Virus record (IMG/VR): IMGVR_UViG_3300024978_000007
DNA length: 64,000 nucleotides
From: a virus
Reading direction: 5' to 3' (one strand)
Under the pieces are notes generated by a model. That model was not told the origin of the DNA. It searched no databases and was given only the letters and a program-made list of their open reading frames with translations. Position numbers and translations under genes: made by a program. Each line of letters begins with the position of its first letter. Position 1 is the first letter of the stretch. Below, one piece after another: positions 35,385-43,373 of this stretch.

Positions 35385-35575
35385 GGTTAAACCTTCTTCC
35401 AATCCTTGGGTGGGCGATCCCCTGCGGCAAGACAAACTGGGCACCAATAGCGAGCGTTGCCTTTTCGCGTTGTCCAGCGTGCTGCAAGGTCGCCACTGTT
35501 GAACTTATGGCCAGCCCGGCAACGTCGTTCGTAGGTGCTTTCAGCGTGTTGCATAGCGACTCCACGGTCTACAAC

Positions 35576-36403
35576 TCATTCATCGCTCGGCGCCGGCAGC
35601 TTGCGCTGAGCGCGGTTGAAGATGGCGCCCAGCAGCGACTGCAGACCGCCGGCGGCCTCGTCGTCGTCTTTCAATTTCTCGCGGGCACGCGGCGTGGCCA
35701 TCAGCTCGGCGAGGTTGATGCCCAGCGATTCGTTGAGCTTGATCAGGTGCACCAGGATCGGGTTGGGTTTCATGTCGGCAACCATCGGTTTGCCGTCCTG
35801 GTCGCGCACCACGTCGCCATCCCGGGTGATCACCGGAATCTCGATCAGCAGGCCACGCTCGGCGATCTCCTCGCGGATCTGCCGCAGCAGCTGGAAATTG
35901 CCTGCCATCTCGGTGGCAAGCAGGCCGTGCATACCGTCCATGTCGCCCTCGGTGAAGGCGGACATCAGCGAATCCAGCGCGTGCACGTAGACGGTTTTGT
36001 CCAGGCAGCTGCCACCGGCGCGGGTGAGGCCATCCAGCACCAGGCTGCACGGCGCCTCGGTGCGGTCGGGGTTGTCGGGGTGGAACGGGCACGTGGTCAC
36101 GCACGGCTTGCCGAACATCTTGGCGATGCTGGTGGCGCCGCTGGCGAACTGCGCGCGGTTGATGGCGCTGTAGCGGCCATGCTTCCACGCGTTGCGGCTG
36201 CTGGCCGCCTTGCCCTCGTCGGTGATCGGGCCGGTGGCGGCGGCCGCGGCGGCTGGCAGGTTGTCGCGGCGCTGTTGCACGGCTTCCTCGCTCATGGTGT
36301 AGCCCGATTTCGGCGCCGAAGCGCCCGCCGGTGACGCCTTGCGCCGCTGCTCCAGCGCGGCCGGCGACAGCGTGTATGGGCGTTTTGTCGGTTTGTCCGT
36401 CAT
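35576..36403 (-). CDS. Probable terminase small subunit
   Basis: TGPITDEGKAASSRNAWKHG motif and PNPILVHL; upstream of terL. Confidence 0.7.
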   Translation of the reverse strand: MTDKPTKRPYTLSPAALEQRRKASPAGASAPKSGYTMSEEAVQQRRDNLPAAAAAATGPITDEGKAASSRNAWKHGRYSAINRAQFASGATSIAKMFGKPCVTTCPFHPDNPDRTEAPCSLVLDGLTRAGGSCLDKTVYVHALDSLMSAFTEGDMDGMHGLLATEMAGNFQLLRQIREEIAERGLLIEIPVITRDGDVVRDQDGKPMVADMKPNPILVHLIKLNESLGINLAELMATPRAREKLKDDDEAAGGLQSLLGAIFNRAQRKLPAPSDE

Positions 36404-36408
36404 CCGCG

Positions 36409-36789
36409 CTATTTCTCACGGGTGGCCGGTGCAGTTCCATGCGCGCATGTGCCGCGGTGGCGGGCGGCGATGCGCTGCACCTGGGTGTGGCTCATGCACA
36501 TGCGCCGCGCGATCTCGCGCTGGCTCACGTCTTGGTCGAGCAGCGTGGTGATCATGTTTTCCAGCGTGGGGCCGCCCAGGGCGTTGAAGAACGTGCGCCG
36601 CGATGGCACCCACACCGCGCCGTTGCCGAATTCGTCCAGCACCACCATCAGCGCCTCCAGCCCGGCACGCTGGGCGATCAGCAACCACAGCTCCTGCGTG
36701 GTCGATGGGTGATGCACGGCGGCCGCGTCGAGCAACTGACGCTCGAACGCGGTCGGGGCTTCACCCGGTCGGGAGAACACTGGATCCAT
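36409..36789 (-). CDS. Mor/C-like late transcription activator
   Basis: IAQRAGLEALMVVLDEFGNGAVWVPS followed by an HTH (SQREIARRMCMSHTQVQRI). Confidence 0.75.
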   Translation of the reverse strand: MDPVFSRPGEAPTAFERQLLDAAAVHHPSTTQELWLLIAQRAGLEALMVVLDEFGNGAVWVPSRRTFFNALGGPTLENMITTLLDQDVSQREIARRMCMSHTQVQRIAARHRGTCAHGTAPATREK

Positions 36790-37912
36790 GGCGCTTCCTC
36801 TCGAGGTCTTGGGCCCACAGGGGCAGGTCGTCGGGCACCGTGCCCAGCGCGGCGTGCTGGCGGTGCGCTTTCAGCGTGTAGCGGTTCATGCGGTTGCTCA
36901 CCGCGAGGTAACGGCGCGTGGTTTCGATGGACTCGTGGCCCATCAACACGCGGATGCGCTCGATGTCGGTGCCGTCGTCGTAGAGCATCGTGGCGAACGT
37001 GACGCGGAAGCGGTGCACGCCCCAGCTGCCCAGCCCGGCGCGGCGCGCGGTGCGCTTCACCACGTCCTCGATCGCCTTCACCGTGACCGGGCCGCCCTTG
37101 ATGCACAGCCCGGGCCGGCCGCCGCGCGACAGGTTCACGAAAACGCTGTCGGTGCACAGATCCGGCACACGGCTGCGCGCTTCCAGCCAGCGCAGCAGCT
37201 CACGCACCACCGGCCCCTCGATCGGCACGGTGCGCTCCTTGCTGCCCTTGCCGAACACGTGCACCTGGCCCTTGCGCTCGCTGGCCAGGTCCAGCTGGTC
37301 GACGCGCAAGCCCGCTATTTCCTCGCGCCGCAGGCCGGCGGCGAGCAGCAGCAGCAGGATCGCGCGGTCGCGCTGCACCACCAGCTCGGTGTGTCCCTGC
37401 TTGACGGCGGCGAACAGCGCCTTGAGCTGCGTCGGGCTGTACTTTTTCGCCTGGGTGGAAACCCGCTTCGGCGCCTTGTAACCCTTCGTCACGTCGCTGC
37501 CTTCGCCGCGCGTGGCGAGGTAGCTGTACAGGCTGCGCACGGCCATCAGCGCCGACCGACGCGCCGATGCCGACAGCCGGCGCTTGACGTACAGCCATTT
37601 CTGCCAGTCGTCCAGCTCGCGCACCGTGATTTCGCGGAAATCGTGGCCCGCTTCCTCGGCCCAGCCCATGAACCGCGCCACAGCTTCGACGTAATCCGCC
37701 ACCGTGGTCGCCCCACGGAACCCGCGCACCACCACCAGGCACTGCACCCACAGCCAGCACGTCGCCAGCCAGCGCGAATCGCGCCACGGTCGCGCCTCCA
37801 CCGCCCGCATCGCCGACGCCAGCGGCCCACCCTCGCCCAGCAACCGCGCGCGCAGCTGCAGCTCCTGCGACGGCAGCACCAACCCAGCCGGAATCGGCGG
37901 CACTTCAACCAC
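36761..37912 (-). CDS. XerC-like tyrosine recombinase 2 (start uncertain)
   Basis: RDRAILLLLLAAGLRREE, GKGSKER, HRFRVTFATMLY, MGHESIETTRRY; complete catalytic set. Confidence 0.92.
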   Translation of the reverse strand: MVEVPPIPAGLVLPSQELQLRARLLGEGGPLASAMRAVEARPWRDSRWLATCWLWVQCLVVVRGFRGATTVADYVEAVARFMGWAEEAGHDFREITVRELDDWQKWLYVKRRLSASARRSALMAVRSLYSYLATRGEGSDVTKGYKAPKRVSTQAKKYSPTQLKALFAAVKQGHTELVVQRDRAILLLLLAAGLRREEIAGLRVDQLDLASERKGQVHVFGKGSKERTVPIEGPVVRELLRWLEARSRVPDLCTDSVFVNLSRGGRPGLCIKGGPVTVKAIEDVVKRTARRAGLGSWGVHRFRVTFATMLYDDGTDIERIRVLMGHESIETTRRYLAVSNRMNRYTLKAHRQHAALGTVPDDLPLWAQDLERKRHGSSVLPTG

Positions 37913-38215
37913 AGCGCACCCCCTCGCGGCCAAAAACCCAAAACGCTCCCCATTTTTCGAGGCCCCACCAGGTTTGGGGTCGGGCGGCATGCCCCCCTGC
38001 TTTTGAGGGGGGGTGTCCTGCACCGACCCCAGCCGACACCCCGTAGGCCGCGCCAGCACTGGGTTTCAGGCATTCGGCATCCGGGTTCTTTGTGGTCTCA
38101 CCGTAGCGTGAGACTGGAAACGAGCGCGAAGCGGGATGGATGGCGTCAGCTCGCCGTTCCGGCGGTGGATAACTCAGGCTGGGACTAGCGGAGAGAACAA
38201 CGGTTAGGCGAGTGC

Positions 38216-38830
38216 TCATGGGGAAATCCCAAGGGAAACAGCGATCTGGCGACGTATCTCGGCCACAGCCTCAGGCTCGTGCCCAGGCGGAATCGGGCGA
38301 TGGACGCGCGATGGCAGCGCCTGCCTGATCGGCTCAGCGAGGGTTTCACCTCGCGCCAGGCGGTCGAGGGCAGTGCGGTACGCCACGTCGAACGCCGTGC
38401 GCACCGCTCGCTCGTCGAGCGTGCGCAGGTTCCACGTGCCAACCGATCGCGCTGCGGCGCCGATGGCTGGATGCGTGAACTCGTGGTCGGTGTTGCGCGA
38501 CCAGGCCAATGCCTCGCGCAAAGCCTGCTGCAGATCCGGCGCCGATGGCCGGCACAGCGCAATGAACTCCTCGTCGCTCGGTGGCCAACCCGTGCCCACC
38601 TTCGACAACGCCGCCAGCCCCAGCTTGGTCGCCTCGGCTGAAACGCCAGCCGCGCGCAGCGAGGCAAACCACACACCGCGGGCATGCGGATCCTCGAACC
38701 TGTCTCGCCAGCGCTGGCCGTACTTGCGCTGGAAGATCGCGAACACCTGCGCCACAGCCATGCGCAGCGCCTGGTCCTCAGCGAGTGCCGGCGAATTCGC
38801 GGCTGAGCTGATCACCTCGCTCATAGCCAC
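38216..38830 (-). CDS. Replication protein P-like helicase loader
   Basis: WPPSDEEFIALC and HPAIGAAARSVG motifs; follows the initiator gene. Confidence 0.7.
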   Translation of the reverse strand: MAMSEVISSAANSPALAEDQALRMAVAQVFAIFQRKYGQRWRDRFEDPHARGVWFASLRAAGVSAEATKLGLAALSKVGTGWPPSDEEFIALCRPSAPDLQQALREALAWSRNTDHEFTHPAIGAAARSVGTWNLRTLDERAVRTAFDVAYRTALDRLARGETLAEPIRQALPSRVHRPIPPGHEPEAVAEIRRQIAVSLGISP

Positions 38831-39641
38831 CTCCGGTGTTGGTGTTGGTTTCAGCCGTTGCCGGCACGCCGGCGATCACGTCGTCGACGAAGCACGCGAG
38901 GAACCCCAGGTTCACCGGGTGCTGACTGCGCTGCTGTTCGCGTTTCCGCTTGGCCCGGCGCATGGCCTCGGCCAGGTTGGCATCGGTGAGCCCGTGGGCC
39001 AGCCACTCGGTCAGCTTGCCGCGGTTCATCGTGCGGATGCCGATGTGCGCGGGGATGCCCTGGTCGGCGACCCATGCCCAAAAACCACCGGCATCAATGA
39101 TCGCGCCCGCCTGCTCGCGCACGGTGCGCGTAGTAGGTGACTTTAGACTTGGGTTACCAGAATCTGCAGAAGCATCGGAGAAATCGCAGTTGCTCTGCTC
39201 TTTCTCCTCTGTGGGAGTTACTCCGTTACGTACGGCGTTAGTCACGGTAGTAACGCCGTTATTATCAGGTCGAGCAGCAGCGGCGAGTGCCCGCTTCAGC
39301 TTCTCACGATGCCGCCTCTGCCTGGCCGCGTTGGTGGCGTCCAGCTTGACCGGCTGCTTTTCCAACCAGTCGCTTATCTCGCCGTCGACAATCAACCCGC
39401 GATCGCGGATGGCGTCGACCACGGCCGTGATCTGCTCCAGGCGCCAGCCCGTGAAGTCGGCCAACGCGTGAGCATCGAACGAGGTCACCATGCCCCTTGG
39501 CGAGGCCTTCGAAGCACACTCCTTGAGATACCCCCACACCACGAAGACGTGGCCGGGCGTAACACCGTTACCGGCAGCGCGCGCCACGCCAAGCCAGCGC
39601 GGATCGCAGACCTCGCCGTGATATTGACGGAACCAATCCAT
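38778..39641 (-). CDS. Replication initiator (O-like)
   Basis: MDWFRQYHG..DPRW N-terminus; NAARQRRHREK; central VT repeats. Confidence 0.75.
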   Translation of the reverse strand: MDWFRQYHGEVCDPRWLGVARAAGNGVTPGHVFVVWGYLKECASKASPRGMVTSFDAHALADFTGWRLEQITAVVDAIRDRGLIVDGEISDWLEKQPVKLDATNAARQRRHREKLKRALAAAARPDNNGVTTVTNAVRNGVTPTEEKEQSNCDFSDASADSGNPSLKSPTTRTVREQAGAIIDAGGFWAWVADQGIPAHIGIRTMNRGKLTEWLAHGLTDANLAEAMRRAKRKREQQRSQHPVNLGFLACFVDDVIAGVPATAETNTNTGGGYERGDQLSREFAGTR

Positions 39642-39788
39642 CAGCGCGTACCCGCCGCTGAAAGCGCTGGGTCATGCGCGGCGCATCCCGACGTGGCAGG
39701 ATGGCAATGCGAGGCGGCAAGCCCCGCAAGGCGCTGTGCAGAAAAGACTTCCCACATGAGGCTCGTCCTGAGCCGGTGCGCGAACTGA

Positions 39789-39816
39789 TCCTGTCAAACT
39801 GTATATTATGTAAAAT
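39789..39816. other. dif-like Xer recombination site (candidate attP or resolution site)
   Basis: TCCTGTCAAAC-TGTATA-TTATGTAAAAT; spacer plus right arm match E. coli dif at 16 of 17 positions. Confidence 0.65.
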
Positions 39817-39893
39817 CGCGCCAGATTCGGCGGGTTTTACATCGGAATCAGACGCTTACCGGCTTTTGACGGGTCCACTTTTGGACCCGATGT

Positions 39894-40967
39894 GTGATAC
39901 CACGCCGTTACAGTCAAATGCAGCCGCCTGCTGGCAAGGGCGAGCTGCTGCATGTGGATTCGCAGGATGCGCTGGCGCGGTTTGCGCGCATCCTGCCGGG
40001 TAGTCGGGCGCCCACGACGGTTCGGCTGTACGTGGGCGTGGTGCGTCGGTGGCTGGCTTACGGTGGAGCGGCAGACCGGCTCGATGCCGCCCTGCTGCAA
40101 CGGTGGTTGAGCGATCGTCGCCGGCAGCACGCGGCGCCGGCGACGATCAACGTGGATATCAAGGCGCTGCGCGCGTTCTACGACACCATGGCGCTGATCG
40201 GTGCCGCTCCGCAAGCAGAATCGAATAATTGTCCAAAAGGGCGGCGCGTGCCGGTGCGCCTGGTGCGCTGTTTCAGCGACGAACAGGTGCTGGCGATGCT
40301 GGCGGCTCCCGATGTGTGCACGTTCGCCGGCTACCGCGACAGCGTGATGATGCGCACGCTGTGGGAGACCGGCCTGCGCGCCAGCGAGCTGGTCGGGCTG
40401 GGCCTGGGCGATGTGCTGCCCGATGCGGTGTACGTGGCATCCGGCAAAGGTGGGCGCAGCCGCTGGGTGCCGATCAGCGCGGAACTGCATGGCCTGCTGG
40501 TCGGCTACATGGCGCTGCGCGCCACCACGCGCCCCGGCAAGCGCGCGGCGCTGTGGGTGACGGTGGCAGGTCGCGCCCTGCGCAGCCGGCGCAGCGTGTG
40601 GGCCATCGTGAGCCGCTGGGCGCGCGCCACGCTGGGTAGTGCCGTGGGTTATGACCGGGTGCGCCGGGCGGCGCGCCAGCGGCCGTGGAGCGGGCAGTAT
40701 CCGCACCTGCTGCGCGCCAGCATGGCCACCACCCTGCTCCGCCACGGCTGTCCCCTGCCCGCCATCATGCAGATGCTCGGCCACACCAGCCTCGATAGCA
40801 CCGCGCGCTACCTGGCCGCGGACATCAGCCATTTGCGTGCAGCGATCGACAAGCATCCGCGGAACCATCGGTCAGCCCGCCCTGGCGAGTCGACCACGCC
40901 GGCGGGCGTGGCGGGATCCAGCGATCCACAGGGGGGAATCGGGCAAGCCGCGGAGCCCGACCAGTAG
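39894..40967 (+). CDS. XerC/D-like tyrosine recombinase 3 (start uncertain)
   Basis: RDSVMMRTLWETGLRASEL, GKGGRSRWVP, HLLRASMAT, LGHTSLDSTARY, C-terminal KHPR. Confidence 0.92.
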   Translation: MIPRRYSQMQPPAGKGELLHVDSQDALARFARILPGSRAPTTVRLYVGVVRRWLAYGGAADRLDAALLQRWLSDRRRQHAAPATINVDIKALRAFYDTMALIGAAPQAESNNCPKGRRVPVRLVRCFSDEQVLAMLAAPDVCTFAGYRDSVMMRTLWETGLRASELVGLGLGDVLPDAVYVASGKGGRSRWVPISAELHGLLVGYMALRATTRPGKRAALWVTVAGRALRSRRSVWAIVSRWARATLGSAVGYDRVRRAARQRPWSGQYPHLLRASMATTLLRHGCPLPAIMQMLGHTSLDSTARYLAADISHLRAAIDKHPRNHRSARPGESTTPAGVAGSSDPQGGIGQAAEPDQ

Positions 40968-41189
40968 CTGGTGGAACTGGTCCCGGCCCAGCCGCAGGCA
41001 CGTATCCACGCCCACGGCGGCCAGGCGCAGCCGGTATTGCTCCTCGGTGAGGCCTTTGCGCGATCGCGCCAGCACGTGGATCATGCGCACCCGGTCCCGC
41101 GTCATCTGCCAGCGCTTGCGCGCGAGCAGGTCCAGGCCGCAGCACCAGCGGTGCGCGGTTGGCTGTTGGCAGCGGGGGCAGGTGCGCAT
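40872..41189 (-). CDS. GemA-like (Mu gp16 family) protein
   Basis: IHVLARSRKGLTEEQYRLRL...L...QFHQLL. Confidence 0.6.
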   Translation of the reverse strand: MRTCPRCQQPTAHRWCCGLDLLARKRWQMTRDRVRMIHVLARSRKGLTEEQYRLRLAAVGVDTCLRLGRDQFHQLLVGLRGLPDSPLWIAGSRHARRRGRLARAG

Positions 41190-41193
41190 CGGT

Positions 41194-41445
41194 TCACTGC
41201 TCCTCGTCGTCGTCGACTTCATAGTCGCCGAGCTCGTCGAACGGCTCGTAGTCGTCCTCGCCGAATCCGGTGGCGCCGGCTACCCGATCGGCGCACACCC
41301 AGCCGCCAGCGTCCGGCAGCAGGCGGAACGCCACACCGGAAGGCATGGACGCATCCAGCCGCCGCGCGGAAATCGCGTACATGGCCAGTGCGCCGTCGAG
41401 GGTGACGTGGGCGCCGATATCGAGTTGGCGGCTGGCGTGGGTCAT
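41194..41445 (-). CDS. Hypothetical acidic-tail protein
   Basis: ATGA-coupled to the methyltransferase. Confidence 0.5.
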   Translation of the reverse strand: MTHASRQLDIGAHVTLDGALAMYAISARRLDASMPSGVAFRLLPDAGGWVCADRVAGATGFGEDDYEPFDELGDYEVDDDEEQ

Positions 41446-43373
41446 GCGGCCCTCGCGTAGAACTCGATCAGGTCGGCCAGGTCGTTGGCCACTTCGGCTT
41501 CTGCCATGTCCTGGCACACGCTGTTGCCGATCAGCTTCACTTGGTCGGTCTTGGTGATTGGGCGCCACTCGAATTCGCCGCTGCCTGGTGCGGTTTCGAA
41601 TAGGCCGCGGTCGATGATGTAGCTGTCGAGGAAGCCTTGCGCCCGGGCCAGCTCGCGGGGCACGAGCATGCGCAGGGTGATATCGGCCAGCACGTAGCCG
41701 CCCAGCAGCACCATGTCGGCGGGCTCGGGGAAGTGTTCCGGCAGGTATTCATGCAGGAAGTCGGCCACCGCCTTGGCGCGCCCGCGCAGATCCGGCGCCA
41801 GCGTGTCGGCCGGCACCTGCACGCATTGGATCAGGCCCATGCGGTCCTTCGTCGGCACCGTGTGCATCGGCTCGTCGCAGCCCTGCCACTGGCCGCCCTC
41901 GCCGTAATACTTGACCAGGTAGGCCGACACCAGCCGCTGGTTGGCTCCGCTGGCGCAGATGGTCGACACCGGATCGCGCACGTCGCGGCCGTCGCCATCG
42001 TAGAAGCCGCCGTTGGCCTGCTCGAGGAAGTGGGCCTGCATGACTGCATGGCCACCGGACGCCGTTACGGTGTTGAGCGGGGCCTGCGCACTCTTGCAAC
42101 CTGCTCCCCACCGCTTCACGCCTCCGGGTTTACCTTCGCCATGTGCTGCGGCAATCAGGCATGCCGACGACAGCGCATGCTTCACGCCACCAGCCACCAC
42201 CGTGCCCAACGGCTTGCCGATGTCCAGCGCGCGCGGTTCTTGCCCTTCGCGCTCGCCGTAGCCGGTTTGCACCAGCGTCGGCGCCACCAGCGAGAAATGC
42301 CCGCCCTTGATCTGCGCCACCTGCGTGCGCAGCGGCTCGTCGGCCGGGAACACGCGCTGGCTGCTGCTGTTGGCGTGCTCGGTCAGATAGGGCGTAACCA
42401 GGGCATGGTGCGTGCCGCCACCCGTGATCGTGCTCAGCGGCTTGTCGATACCGTGCGTCGACGTGTGCGCCTCGCTGGTGCCGCGCAGCGGCACGATGAA
42501 CGGCTGCGGGCAGTTCAGCACGTAGCGCCACATGCCCTTCGCGATGCGCTTCAGCGTGTTCGCCGCCAGCGGCTTTTTGCGGCCGAAGATGCTGCGCGCC
42601 GGCAGGCCGAAGTCGATGCACTCGGCGGCGGTACGGTACGGTTTCAGCTTGCCGCTGGCCACGGCCTTGCTGTCCGGCGCGCCGTGCGTGTCGGCGCTCC
42701 AGGTGATCGCCTTGCCGTCGCGGCGGAACTTGACCACCAGCCGCTTGCGGATGGTGGGCGCGCCCTTGTCGCAGGCGCGAATCTCGCGCCAGTCGGCGGT
42801 GTAGCCCAGGCCGCGCACCAGCGCCGCTACCGGCGCGCTGGCACCAAGGAACTCCACGATCTCGGCCATGGCCGGATGGTCGGCGGCCATGCCTGTGGTC
42901 ATCGCGGCGATGAACGCGCGGAACGTCTCGCCTTTGCGCTCGGCGATCGCGCTGCCGGTGTCGTCCAGCGGGCACCAGTTGACGAACTCTTCGACGTTCT
43001 CCATCTCGATCACGCGCGGGCTGGTGGCCAGCGCCCAGCGCACCACCACCCAGGCCAGCCCGCGGATGCGCTTGCTGCGCGGCGCCTTGCCCTTGGCCTT
43101 GCTGTGGTGCCGGCAATCCGGCGACGCCCACAGCACGCCCACCGGCCGGCCGCGCGTGGCCGCGATCGGGTCCACTTCGAACACGTCCGTCTGGTGGTGC
43201 TCCGTGTGCGGGTGGTTGGCGCGGTGCACGGCGATCGCGATGGCGTTGTGGTTAACCGCCACGTCGGGCTCGCGGTAGGCGCGGGCGATGCCGGTGGATG
43301 CGCCGCCGCCGCCGGCGAACAGATCCACCACCAGTTCCTGGTCGAAGTTGAGGAAGGCGGTGCCGTCAGCCAT
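41442..43373 (-). CDS. Orphan C5 DNA cytosine methyltransferase
   Basis: VDLFAGGGG (motif I), WASPDC (catalytic), MENVEEF, TIRKRL, IGNSVC. Confidence 0.93.
   Translation of the reverse strand: MADGTAFLNFDQELVVDLFAGGGGASTGIARAYREPDVAVNHNAIAIAVHRANHPHTEHHQTDVFEVDPIAATRGRPVGVLWASPDCRHHSKAKGKAPRSKRIRGLAWVVVRWALATSPRVIEMENVEEFVNWCPLDDTGSAIAERKGETFRAFIAAMTTGMAADHPAMAEIVEFLGASAPVAALVRGLGYTADWREIRACDKGAPTIRKRLVVKFRRDGKAITWSADTHGAPDSKAVASGKLKPYRTAAECIDFGLPARSIFGRKKPLAANTLKRIAKGMWRYVLNCPQPFIVPLRGTSEAHTSTHGIDKPLSTITGGGTHHALVTPYLTEHANSSSQRVFPADEPLRTQVAQIKGGHFSLVAPTLVQTGYGEREGQEPRALDIGKPLGTVVAGGVKHALSSACLIAAAHGEGKPGGVKRWGAGCKSAQAPLNTVTASGGHAVMQAHFLEQANGGFYDGDGRDVRDPVSTICASGANQRLVSAYLVKYYGEGGQWQGCDEPMHTVPTKDRMGLIQCVQVPADTLAPDLRGRAKAVADFLHEYLPEHFPEPADMVLLGGYVLADITLRMLVPRELARAQGFLDSYIIDRGLFETAPGSGEFEWRPITKTDQVKLIGNSVCQDMAEAEVANDLADLIEFYARAA

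Noticed and set aside
35377-35565. 62-aa ORF between terS and terL
   Set aside because: GTG start with a weak RBS and no motif; left uncalled.
39799-39814. CTGTATATTATGTAAA as a LexA/SOS box
   Set aside because: It lacks the ACAG right half of CTGT-N8-ACAG and fits dif much better.
3320-40967. RIT (recombinase-in-trio) element
   Set aside because: The three tyrosine recombinases are not adjacent or co-oriented and have no flanking terminal inverted repeats.
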